DNA of 64,000 nt from Tubiluchus corallicola (taxonomy: Eukaryota > Animalia > Priapulida): positions 310,001 through 374,000 of the forward strand of contig JAQGDQ010000040.1 in the NCBI GenBank assembly GCA_030141605.1, in the 5' to 3' direction. Below, piece by piece: positions 14,076 through 25,990 of this stretch. Position 1 is the first letter of the stretch; each line of letters opens with the position of its first letter. The position numbers were made by a program, and so were the translations under genes. The notes under the pieces are model-generated. The model did no database searches. It saw nothing but the letters and a program-made list of their open reading frames with translations, and had not been told where the DNA came from.

Positions 14076-14192
14076 ACACACCCGTCCTCATTGCGACAAC
14101 ACACCCGTCCTCAGTGTGACTGTACACCGTCCTCACTGTGACAACACACCTTTTCTCACTGTGACAACACACCTTTTCTCACTGCGACAACA
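14076..14192. repeat. Minisatellite, ~23-24-bp unit x5
   Basis: acacacc(cgtc/tttt)ctcactgtgacaac-like units in tandem, downstream of the GPCR stop codon. Confidence 0.85.
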
Positions 14193-14645
14193 GCCTTTAT
14201 GTGTGTATGTGTGTTAATACAAAATATTAAATGTATTCTCGTGTACAAGAAAATTAGTAATTTATTACTTCAAACTTAATTATAATTTATAATGTTGTAT
14301 GTTCCGGGCATCAATAAATGCTATAAGCACACCGTTCGTACACCATGGTATATAAAGTCCAGTAAGTGTCGTTAAATTAAGTTATATAGTAAAAAAATGC
14401 AATAATGACGTAAAAGTATAACATCATTTTACGTCATTGTGATATTATAGTGCAGAAATCCAGATTCATTTTGCTATTTTATAACAACTTTACTAAACTG
14501 TTAATTTTTGGAACATCCCTTTTTCCTGCGATTCTGCTGCTCGAAAATTTATCAAATCATCAGTCAACCAAATCAAACAAGTGAAAAAAATATTATTATT
14601 TATTTATGTTAAATGGTAATCATTTTACGATGCGTGACAGTATAA

Positions 14646-15319
14646 CTAAGTAGCATTTCTCCAATTATTTATAATCATTGAAGGTGAATAATTGTTGAGT
14701 CGTTCTCTTTTGCTCACATTCACGCACTTTGTTCTGTTGTGTAACAATTTGTTCATTTCTGTCAGTTCCAAAGATTCTTTTGTTTGTCCCACACCATTAG
14801 CACACAAATCATCGCGTTTTAGCCATTCGTTCTCACACGGTCGACAAAATTGATACTGTTGCGGTTCAACGGCCAAACAGTTGGCCGAGTCCGTGCCCGC
14901 GTTCTCAGCAGCAAGTTTTTCAAGTGCACCGTTATCACTAAGTTGCTCCTGGGGTTCCCCTTCTGAAGGCTTGCTGTCGAGTGTCACCTGTTTCCTGATA
15001 GGAGGTGACGGTTTAGTGGGTGGTTTACAGGTGAACTTATACGACCCAGCGACCTGAACGTGAAACGTGTCGCGTTTGCGGCTAGTGTTCTGGTAGCATC
15101 GACAAATTGTATTGCGAAAAGCCTGTCGAAACTTGAGTGATATGAGGTTGTATAAGATCGGATTGATGGTGCTGCTGACATAGTAGAGCACAGCAGAGAT
15201 GTATGTGAGCGTCTGGTAGGCTTCAAACACTCGAGGAGTCCAGTGAGGGACATATAGTATCATCAGTCTCTGGCAGTGTGTTGGCGCATAACATATGAAG
15301 AAGGCGACAACGACCGCAA
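14646..15319 (-). CDS. Pyrokinin/CAPA/neuromedin-U receptor-like GPCR, coding exon 2 (TM6, TM7, C-tail)
   Basis: Acceptor tttgttgcag at 15320; phase-1 join with exon 1 reads KML-IAVVVAFFICYAPTHCQRLM...YVSSTINPILYNLIS.KFR (NPxxY); spliced protein 509 aa. Confidence 0.93.
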
Positions 15320-15400
15320 CTGCAACAAATAAAGAAACGTTATTTTATCACTTTTAAGGTGCAAATTAAGATTTCAGTACTTGAAATAAGTTATTCTTTT

Positions 15401-15470
15401 AAAGACAAAAAGACAAAGACAAGATTTATTTGCCGTCGTTCATTTAACAAATAACACTAGCAACAGCCTT
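15401..15470 (-). mobile_element. 3' tail fragment of the SINE family also at 20530-20756
   Basis: aaagacaaagacaagatttatttgccgtc..catttaacaa shared with 20537-20580. Confidence 0.55.
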
Positions 15471-15670
15471 CATTTGATGAGTATTCTTTTAACATTCTTT
15501 TCTTTTGACGCATTCTTTTGATGAGTGAGTTGTCTTGACGACTGATTCAAGATAATCATTCGGCTCAGGTTCATCTTCTCACACTTTTGTCGTATTGATA
15601 TTTACCGGGCAAAATATTTACCGATAAAAGTAACGCACAAACACTGCGGCATTAATGAGACAAATGAATT

Positions 15671-16217
15671 TGAAATGGATACAAAACACAGGTTTAACGT
15701 GTTGACCAAAAGTTTCTTTATTCTGAAAGACAATTATTAACATTTAGTTTAAATTGCATTGAACAGAAGAAAATTAGTTGCATGATTAAATGTATTGCCA
15801 TAACTAAGTACCGATATAAAAATTATGTAAACTATATTGAAATTAATTAGCAATAATTTACGTTGTTAGAGCCTTTAACAGTTACAAAGACAGGAATGAG
15901 AACTCCAAGTAGCCTTGAGAACAACAATGTCACAACAATAAATTCGTAAGAAATTTACAGTCATAATGCTCATCACAGACAGAAAAATGGAGCAATGGCA
16001 GAGAGAACCAAAAGACGGGTAAAATGTCATACAACTACTACAGCTATAGCTCACGAAAGGCCAAAATGCCAATGTATTCAAGGATATTAGGTGCTTCAAT
16101 TTCAAAAGAGTGACTACTGTAAAAGGTAAAAGCCTACTAAATAAACAAACAGGTGGCAGCACCGTGGCAGTAATTGAGAACTAAATTAAAACCAAAAAAG
16201 GGCCTATGCACCCACTA
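15671..16217 (+). repeat. Dispersed repeat, copy A (inverted partner at 31564-32115)
   Basis: Reverse complement aligns along its length with 31564-32115 (e.g. tagtgggtgcataggcccttttttggttttaatttag). Confidence 0.9.
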
Positions 16218-16299
16218 AAGAATTTATTGAGCAAGATGGCCCGGAGTATAGCGAATGGGTCAGTTTATGAATCGACAATATATATATATATATATATAT

Positions 16300-16331
<32 letters not shown>

Positions 16332-17086
16332 GCATGTATATAAGCCTTAAGGTTCAATGACGAAATAATGAATGACATGGGAGATCAATACGCTTGAAAG
16401 AAACAGACACATATCTAATAAATTTACTTGAAAATACATATGGTGTTACGAAGAACCAAACTAATTTTCTTGAATTGCAATTAAAATTTCTACATACTCT
16501 TATCAAATAATATGCAATGCAGGAACGACAAGCACTGTAGTAACATAGGCCTGCTGCTGCTATGCGTAAGAAGCGGAATTAGTTAAGAACGTAACACTAA
16601 ATTATAAACTGATATAAACTAACCAAGCGATATATGGTTTAACGAACCGGAAAGCCCAATATAGCAGCTTCCTGGAGTAATTTATGTGACTCACGCATAG
16701 TCAACAAACGTGACAAACTGGTGAACGACTGACGCATTATTGCGTATTCTTGTAATATATCATGTAAATAGTGATATTATTGTAGACGAATCCACTGACC
16801 GACTGGCGAGAAAATTTACGACGGAACGAAGTAGACATATTAATAAACATGCGAACATATTACAACTAGCCACATGTAACATATTATTTTTAGAAATTAC
16901 GTTCCGTGTGTTGCTAGTTGTAAAATATAAGCCAAGTTTATTAGTTTGTTTATTTGTTTAGTAATAGTTGTGTTCCTTGATTCAAAAGTAGACAGGTTAA
17001 AAAAAGAAATCGGTGAAAAAGAAAACGAGAGAAAGAGAGCGAGAGAGAAAAAGACAAAAAGAAAGAGAAAGAGAGAGAAAAAAGAT

Positions 17087-17202
<116 letters not shown>

Positions 17203-17641
17203 CTAAATTGCACAATCCGCAATCTCTTGTTTTTGCAATTTTCAAATATTCTTTCACAGTGCTAATTTGAGATGCAATGATGATGATGATGACAGTGACA
17301 ATCTTGTTGTTGTTGTTGTCGTCGTCGTCGTTGTTGTTGATGATGCGGTGGGGTGTGGCTAATAATGGTATCGGCGTGGTGCTAGTGCTGGCGATGACAG
17401 TGGTAGTGGTGGGTGTGGTGGTAGTAATAACAGTGACGACGGGCGGTGGGGTTTTGTTGCTGTCGCAATCGTCATTATTTTTGTTCTTGGCCTTGTTCAT
17501 GTTAAAACATAGTAACTCAATAAATGTCAGTGTTTTGAAAACAAGCGAGCATTACGCAACCATATCCTAAACACTTCGATAAAGATGACACACTAAAAGG
17601 TAACATAACAAAAGACAAGACAACAATGAATAAAATCAAAA

Positions 17642-18910
17642 TTAGTAATTCAGAGCTGACTGAAGCAGCAAGGGATGAATTTGCATAGGTATTAAATGGT
17701 CAATTTGTTTGCCATTTTCTAATAGCCTTTCCATTGAAATGAGCTTGCGGACTCCATCAATAACAGTCTGTGCTAGCTGAGCTTCTGTTCTGCCTAGCCG
17801 ATATAAATTGCTGATGTTATATATAGTATGAGGATTAGTTTCATCTACTGCACGCTTTTCCAGCATTAGACTTCGGACTATAAAATCGAATCTCGGATCT
17901 CTGGAGAGTCTAGGAAGAGAAATGTACACACCACAGCGCATTCCAGTTCCTAAATTGCAAGGGCACGTAGCTATGTAACCTAGGTGTGGGTTCCACATGA
18001 ATTCGTAACCTTCTTTTTCTACAAGGCATTCAATTTCTTTTACAGCTTTGCCGAATTGTTGTAACACAGACTTCATATTGCCTCCCTTTTCTATGGATAT
18101 GATTCGAATATGATCTTCTTCATTTACGATAACGAGAAAGTTTTTTTCTTCATTGATAAAGACACCTCGAGCGTCTGGCCAGTCACGTATGAGACCAGTG
18201 CTCCTCAAGTAATCCCGAGCATGATCTTGCATAACGAAGGTAATCTCTTCATTCAAACGTTTCTGCTTTCCCAGTTCTAGCATGCTGTGATATTCTCCTC
18301 TAAATTCATTTTTCAGACCGGTCAAAGCATTAGTGACAATTCTTTCAAGGTGCCTTCTTTCTGCACGAGTAGAAGCAGGAGAAAGTGGAAATCCTCGTAT
18401 AGAGCGAACTCCACGAACTCTACAAGACTTCACATACTTTGGATCGAGCTCTGCCCCTTTTATTTGAGAAAAATCTACGTCTGTGTTGTGCCTTCTGTGT
18501 TTATCGTAACCACCATGTCTCATGTTAATTACCTTATCAAATAGTTTCTCGAACACTTTGTAGGAGTCTTCGTCTCCAGCCACCATTCCTACATCCTTGT
18601 GAGTTTTGTCAGGATATCCAGGAATGTCAACTCCAGGCTGGATGCACTGATCTAATGTCACGCCATTTGCTGTCCGTTTATCAGATAGTTTGTAATAAAT
18701 TTTAGGCGTCATTTGCCTTGCCATGCAATTGTAGTGTTCTTTAAGATCAGGATAATTGGCACTAGGCGGATAGTGCCTCCTAAAACAGCCTGTGTCTGCA
18801 GACAGTTTTTGATGAGAAACGTAGAGGCCAGCAAGGCCAATGGCTCCACTAACGCCAGCCGTTAGCAATAGCTTCCTGTAGTTTTTAAAAATCAAATCAA
18901 ATTTTACCAT
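17642..18910 (-). CDS. Mitochondrial creatine-kinase-like phosphagen (ATP:guanidino) kinase, divergent, 422 aa, CDS uninterrupted, nested in the GPCR intron
   Basis: YPPSANYPDL..H.NCMA, VGMVAGDEDSY, RHGGY, RDWPDARG, NEEDH, CPCNLGTG, RLGRTE motifs; N-terminal basic/hydrophobic presequence like mitochondrial CKs; first ATG at 18910 (the ORF-track start 18925 is GTG). Confidence 0.93.
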   Translation of the reverse strand: MVKFDLIFKNYRKLLLTAGVSGAIGLAGLYVSHQKLSADTGCFRRHYPPSANYPDLKEHYNCMARQMTPKIYYKLSDKRTANGVTLDQCIQPGVDIPGYPDKTHKDVGMVAGDEDSYKVFEKLFDKVINMRHGGYDKHRRHNTDVDFSQIKGAELDPKYVKSCRVRGVRSIRGFPLSPASTRAERRHLERIVTNALTGLKNEFRGEYHSMLELGKQKRLNEEITFVMQDHARDYLRSTGLIRDWPDARGVFINEEKNFLVIVNEEDHIRIISIEKGGNMKSVLQQFGKAVKEIECLVEKEGYEFMWNPHLGYIATCPCNLGTGMRCGVYISLPRLSRDPRFDFIVRSLMLEKRAVDETNPHTIYNISNLYRLGRTEAQLAQTVIDGVRKLISMERLLENGKQIDHLIPMQIHPLLLQSALNY

Positions 18911-20529
18911 GACTGAGCGAAACACTTAAAATAGATTTCTCCATTTTCATACTAACTAAGATCTTTTCCTCTGCTGTTTAGTGTTTCCTATAAATAATAT
19001 GTGACAACATAACTGCGCAGTTTTCATTGGAGCAAAGTTAGTAAAACGACGCGCATTTTGTAACAAGCAGAAGAATTTTCTGACTGCTTTATTTTCCTAA
19101 TCTTTTTTAGTTTCAATTGTTATTGTTATTGTGACGGGTATGTTTAAAAAATTCTAAACGCTCGTCTTTACCTAATGAATGGTAGAGGCCTTTCAAATTT
19201 CAAATAATTACTAGACGTTGGCTAAATTGAAAACATAGCGGAACAGGGAACAGGGTCCGAATTAACTCAAGAATTAGACGAGGCTGAACCGTTTTGTCAA
19301 TTGATTCTCTTCCACTTAGCAGCCCATTTTGTCTTCTACTTTACCACGATTTGAAGGTAACATTGGCTTTAACTTAAATGCTATCGAAGTCTGTATTATC
19401 ACACACATTTTTAAATTCAAGAGTCTTTAAACAATTCATGTTATTAATTTACAAGCCAGCAAAACCTAAAGCTTGTAAAACACGGTTTTAGCGTTATTAT
19501 GCCGATAACAGTAGATCGGGAACTGTTGGATAGGTCCGCAGGATCGCCGGAAGACTTAATCGTACTGAAAAAACAAATTATTTCTACGAATATAAATCGT
19601 TCGCATGCTTCCTTTTGCATACTGTCTAGCTCTCGCCTCTAATTTATTGATTCTAGAACTGATTTTAGAAATTTCATCTTCATTGCAGCACATGAAAACT
19701 GCTGCTGATCATTAAAAACTTGGAGCTGACCATGATCGTAAAGTTTGCACGACACTCAATGCATATTGAAGTAGTGAACGTTTTGGACCCTGTCAAAAAC
19801 AGCAGGAAGATTCAGCTTCTGTGACAGCAAATTTTTTTTTCCATATGTCGGAAGTACAGCTTGTCATTTAATAGTTTCAATGAAATCGGAACGTTTTAAC
19901 TATTGGCCAGTGGGTCTAGGTCAGCCAAACTCTGGTCAACATAGTCCATTCAACTTGTCGAGACCTTTAATTTTACAGTACGAGATACTAAAATTGGAAC
20001 TTGTCAGTTTAATTTGTGACCTCGATGTTAAGCATCAGACAATCTAGGTGTTAAATATAGCACTAAATTTATCTCATCGAGACCTTTCGTTTGATGCACT
20101 ATAAGCCACGGTTCTTAGAAGCTGGAAGCATTTGTCTTCCCGACCCCAAATTTCGGTTTTCATCTCTTAACGGTGTGAGGGTCAATCAATCTGAGCGTAA
20201 CTGATGCCGTTGAATTTGTCTCATCGAGTTGTTAGGATGTTCGAGTTGTTCGACATTCGGTTATTTTCCCATAGAAAAATTTTTCTGTGTTCAGCCATGC
20301 ACAAATCTCGGCTCTACCGAAGAATACTAAAAATAATGGCCCTAGCTGAAAACTGTAGAAGGGGATCCAGCCTAACAAAAACATGAAGTACTGCCTATTC
20401 TGTGACCTTGGACGGAAGGTGCAGCTTACGTATACACATAAATCTCCCAATCTGGAGAGTGTGAACTGCGGGTTTCATGATTCTCACCAAAGGTTTTTAT
20501 TTATATTTGTCTCGCTAAGTATCTAAAGA

Positions 20530-20756
20530 AAAAGAAAAAGACAAAGACAAGATTTATTTACCGTCACTCATTTAACAAACAACATCAGCACTAACGGCTA
20601 TTTAGCGACTTATTTATACAACAATACAGGCAAGGACGCAACACACAAATAACAAATAACATGTACGGTATATGCCCTGGCGTTGGTAACCGCTAGTTTC
20701 GAATTCAAGACTGCGTAGTCTCAATCCGAAATCTAAACCACTTGGCCACACCACCA
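20530..20756 (-). mobile_element. tRNA-derived SINE (degenerate)
   Basis: Minus strand begins ggtggtgtggccaagtggtttaga...gaattcgaaac (A/B-box-like) and ends aataaatcttgtctttgtcttt; tail shared with 15401-15470. Confidence 0.6.
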
Positions 20757-22084
20757 GGACATTTGTGTGTAGGTATTGGGGGTTATTCAAGAAATGCGAT
20801 GCGTTACTGTATCATTAAAAACCATGGGTGACCTGATAACTACGTTAATTATTTTAGTGCAACAAAGTTGTTAAGTTGCAGCTGCGATTTTCAGACTCGA
20901 AGACCCCGTTAGCTAATGGCGAGATACATAAGCCTCATAAGTGCGTGAGGCCCTTGAAGTACAATGCTGCAGGATTTACGCAATCTTTTTCGCAATTTGT
21001 TGTGCTTTGAAAAACCTAGATGCTTTTTAAGCCCTAATCGCAACGAGCAAGTTGTTAAGAAATGACAAACAAGTGCATTAAATATTTTGCTTTTTAATGG
21101 AAGCTTAATTAAGTTTCTGCGCTATATGAGGAATCGTATTGGAAATCAACCGTTTACTTTTCTTTATTCTTTATTATTGTTTCTCCAACAATGAATAACT
21201 GCAGATATATTATTTATATGTAAAATATATTTATATGGCTTTATCAGGAATTACTCCAAACTGGGAGTAGAAAGGAAGTCAGGAGGGCAAGTCCCCTCAT
21301 TTTTAAAATACTCTGTATTCTACTGGTCCGATAGCAATTGTTATGAATGATATCAACTGTGCAACAGCTGCCCACGGCTCTGTGTTATGAAGGTGCCTTA
21401 CTTTAGAAACAACTGGGTTGAAGGCAGCTAGTCTTCTTAGTCACCAGTGAAATAATGCAACAAATACACTATTACTGTGCTTATAATAGATACATTACAC
21501 TTAGACACAAATGTAACACAGCGTAATAAAGTGTCATACAGTACGCACTGCGTTAATAAAGCGTTGGCTTCAGAATCTTTAAATTAGTCCAAAAGTGAAA
21601 ATGTAAGATTACACGAAACTAATACACTCTGTTTAAAGTTTACTATGAATATGAAAAACATGCCATTAAATGTACTATTTGCGCGCTGCCCTGGCATTCT
21701 CATGTCATCTGTATGATTAGCAAAACTAAATCTCTCACTTTGTTAATGTTTCTTATGAATTTCCCAATTGTTTACAGTATTATTATTACTGTAATAGATC
21801 GGTTTTCTTGTTTAATTTTGCCACGCTTACAAATTTGCTTATAGCTCTCAATCGAATGGTAGATTAATCTACAATCAAACGTGGAAGAGAGTGACTGAAA
21901 TTTAGTTCATTTGCTGCTCACTATCAATATTTGTCGCTTTCACCTTTCACCTGTTGCTTGGTTCTAAGCTAATTCTAAGAATAATTCTAAGTCATTGTTT
22001 CAAATGATTGTACTTGATGGTAAGTAAATCTCGATCTTTACACAACCGTCGGCATCTGTAACAAAGAACTGGAACTAGTGTACC

Positions 22085-22470
22085 AAACTGCATAAAATAT
22101 GCAAAACATTAATAATAATAATATAAAATATCAGTCTTTATTATATCAATAAAGTAAAAATCACAGACCGATTCATGGATGTTTTTAACTAAGAATATTA
22201 CTTTTATTCTTTCTTACAAAGCAGATATTTCGAAACCCATTACCAGTAATATATCTGTTTCAAAATCTGTTTTGTAAGAAAGAACAAAAGTAGAATTCTT
22301 TGTTAAAACATCCATGAATCCATCTATGATTTTTGTTGTATTGATATTTTCAATAATGGATGCCAAGCCGATTAAAATCTTTATTTGAGGAAGGGTTTTA
22401 GTCGACATTTCACAAATAAAACCTAAATAAAAATGCTTATTATACGCTTTCCACTATATTTTGAGCAGTT
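22085..22470. mobile_element. Fold-back (long hairpin) MITE-like element
   Basis: 22143-22236 is the near reverse complement of 22257-22349 (gattcatggatgtttt...ttctttcttacaaa); outer aactgcataaaatat / atattttgagcagtt also inverted. Confidence 0.7.
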
Positions 22471-23239
22471 GTGCAAAATTGAAAAAAGAACACAAAACAG
22501 GGTACGCTCTCTGAGCAAAGATAAGTACGCTGCATCCTCAAAACATTTGCACTGACTAATACGTGTATTGTTAGTACATAATGAAATCGTTATTAGCATT
22601 TTTCCTGTTTAAACACCTTTAATGTTAGCGTTGAATATATCCAGCTGTATTCATTATATTATCGAACTAGTCCTCACAGTACGCACAGACTTGCAACAGC
22701 CAAAGACTCGTAAAAACATTTTCAGCTTTAGTAGATTTTATACAAAATGAATGAAAAGTGTGCAGAAAGATTTAAAAGTAAGCAGAGAGAACCTGATGAC
22801 AAAGTATAGACAGATCATCTTGCAAGTAATCTTCAATGCCATACAACTAATGTGCAGTAACATTTCAAACTAAATTAATCTCGCCATGTACTGCATTACG
22901 TTTTGAAAGAAACCATGCCGGGTTCAGTAACAAAATCAGATGGTTTCGTAAGCTCGTTTCTTTGTGTCAGATCCAGCTATTTCAAAAGTCTTTATATTCT
23001 GGCATGTTGAGAAACTCGCACCTCTTGAGTCGATCCTCAATTCAAGCAAGACAAATTTGCGTTCGTCAGCTCGTCTACTTTCATAAGTTTCTTATGGAAA
23101 ATGTTTGCGCTGCGTTTTCGCTTCGATTAATTCAGTGCCACCTCACTGTGGCACAGCTTGAATTCACTGCATTTGAAAAGTCAGGCAAACGCATAATTTT
23201 GACCGCGTAGTGACTGCACATACCATCACGCGTTTTTTG

Positions 23240-23670
23240 GATATTTTTATTAAGATTTTGCAATTTGCAATAGCAAAATCTCATTCGATTTCGTACAGTT
23301 ATTTATTATTTATTCTCCGTAAACTAGGCTTGCAAGCTAAGGTCACGAAATTCATATGGTGGGTAGCCCTAGGCGGGAAAAGGACAGCAGTGTTTTGAAC
23401 TCTGGTCAAGGGGCGAAGAGCACTGGGCTTTGGTCTGTTTTACGATTATGATTGAACTCCTCCTAGGGGTTTCAGTTTTTTCAATTTTTTCACAAGTATT
23501 TGGGTACTGTGGGGGCAAATTGCACTTAGGGTTTTAAAAAACTGGCGGGGCCAAAATGCAAAATGGGGTCTCCACCTTTTGGTGACTTTTTACATGCCGA
23601 AGGCTAGGAACCCAAATTCACAGTGTACACTCTCTGGGCAAGGTAAAGTACGAATACATATGTGGCCCGA
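23240..23670 (+). mobile_element. Helentron-associated (HINE/DINE-1-like) non-autonomous element, copy 1
   Basis: T-rich start, palindrome agattttgc...gcaaaatct, (ATTT)n tract, then a body matching the reverse complement of ~50930-51470. Confidence 0.55.
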
Positions 23671-25869
23671 GTTTTCAATACCTTTGAATTGTTTAACCAC
23701 ATCGCACTACTAAGTGTAGTTTTCTTACTGAAGCACTTGCTAACTAATTGGTGACTAGATTACTTTTTTAGAATTACTTTAAAGCCTGGAATCCCCTTTT
23801 TTAATTACGATAAATTCATCTAAATAGATTCTTGAAAATGGAGCATTCGTTGTTTAGTTATTAGGAATGAATAAGGCCTTTTTAATAACCGTTAACTGTA
23901 ATCTAAGGGGCAATCCAAGCTCATTATTAACTTTTCCATCTTTCTTTTCTTTTTCCAACTATAGTTTCATAAATGTTGCAGTTTTGCACTCTACAATTAA
24001 AATTACAGTATAAATGATTTTTAAATTACCCACGGTCAATTATTAATATAGGCTCTAAATTAATTATAGAAAGTAATCAACTTTTAACAACGTATGCATA
24101 AAAATACAGGAATAAATGCAACTGAAAGCACGTAATAGCCATTTATCATTGTCACTGTTGCCGTTGCTGCGGCTGCTACTGCTGCCGTTGTGCTGTTGCG
24201 GGTGTTCTTGCTGTGATCATTCTTGCAAATAGTACATAATTTGCTAAATTTAGTTCAGTTTTACTTTACTACTTTGCGAGTTCGTGATTACAGAATGACA
24301 TAATAGTTGTAGATACTGCTGCTCCTTCTAGCGTTGGCGTTGTTGTTGCTCGTCGTGTTGCAGTTGTTGTCGTTGTTATCATTGTTGCCATCACTGATAT
24401 CGCCATCATTGTCATTACCAAGCATCAGAGAAGTAGTAGTAACACGGCAGTAGTGATCGAATAAAACAAAAAGAAAATGATCTAACAAAAGTAATATGGA
24501 GCGAAACTCGATAATAATTATTTTCCAAAAATTAATGAAATAAATCCAATTATCGTATCACTCAATCGCACTAAACCTTATCTAAAAACTTTAGGTCACT
24601 AATGAAGACAATTATAAAAGGTATAAGCAATCGTTAAATTTTACTGGAAGAAGACTACTGTTTTTGCGACGACATGAGCAAAAACTTAAAATGTCTGACC
24701 GCTGATTGATTTGTACGGGAAACCTTATTTCCACGTGACTGGATTTTAACAAGCTACATTTGTCTCTAGCAGATAAACGACAGATGTATTTTAGAAGCAA
24801 TTGAAAAAGAGCATGAAAAGAGAGAAGTAAAAACTAAAACAATTAGAAGAAAAACCCATCTGCGCAGTGGTTTCCTGTATATTACTTGTAATATGGATGA
24901 AAAGATTTCATTGAATAATGGTTTCCAGAATTAAAACACGCAAAGATAGCAGTTAATCAGTTCTCAAATACTTGTGAGACAGCCATCTTACCATACAGCG
25001 ATTGCCAAATTTAGACCATATGGCCACTGTATTTTTGCCATTGTTGCCAGTCCACAGGGCTGACGCTTTCCAGTGGTGCCAAAATTGGGCCACTGCTGCT
25101 AGTTAAATAAAAACAACAGTTAGCCACTTGAATTAATGTGGATACCAAAATGGTTGCCAAGTGCCAAACTATTGGTTTTCAAAATTTTGACTGTCTTACT
25201 CAGTGATCTTCTTGTACTTTTTTTAGCAATCCTAAATTATTTTTTAAACAAACGGAGGAACATCTACGCACTTTTATCCAATATTACACTTAATCACGAA
25301 TTGATTTGTTCCTGGGCTGATTATAGGCTAATCTATGCCTTCTTAGTTTGTGTCTAAGCTACAGGGGGATATCTTTGTTAGCGTAACAAATTGTAGAGTT
25401 CTGTCAAGTATTTTTGTGATGTATCCTTGCCTGCAAGAAGCATTTGAATATGATTAGCTTTGGTAGGACACCAGTGATAGACTATCCGTTATATTTAAAC
25501 GGTAACATTGCCTTATCCGGAGGTTCCATTAAGTGTGGACTTGTTCCTCATTTTAAAGTTTTAATAAGAAATTATCGTATCCTTGCAAGTAAAAATTGCA
25601 TTCTAATTAGTAGTTGTATAAACATTGACATGTTATTTGAGTCACTGTTTAAAACTGGCAAAAGATACTACATGATAATTTCGAGATGTAAATTATTAGG
25701 TTAAGGTATTTTTATAATGTGTTTCATTTGGTAATTTTCAATCTGTTTTATCAATAATAATAATAAAGGTAATTCCTTTTAGGACATAGTCCAGGGATAA
25801 CACAATAGGTAACTCAATACTTATTTCCAAGCTGGTCATGATTATTATTACCCGTATATTACTTCGATA

Positions 25870-25990
25870 AACCCGCGTGGTTGGTCGAACCAGCGCTACT
25901 ATTCTTTAAGTCTTTGGTATAATTCGGCCGGGGTTGTCCCCGCGACGTCCCGGGTTGGAAGCCAGCACGCTACCATTGAACTACCCACCC
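25870..25990 (-). mobile_element. tRNA-derived SINE relic, possibly Meta-domain type
   Basis: Minus: ggtagttcaatggtagcgtgctggcttccaa...ccccggccgaattataccaaagacttaaagaatagtag; ataccaaagactt recalls a conserved SINE central domain. Confidence 0.55.

Noticed and set aside
14076-14192. CRISPR-like array
   Set aside because: Contiguous degenerate units without unique spacers, no cas genes, eukaryotic context; same for 55250-55385 and 37811-37955
18911-18925. ORF-track GTG/TTG starts (also 41519, 46924, 52693)
   Set aside because: Eukaryotic genes; the first in-frame ATG or a splice acceptor was used instead
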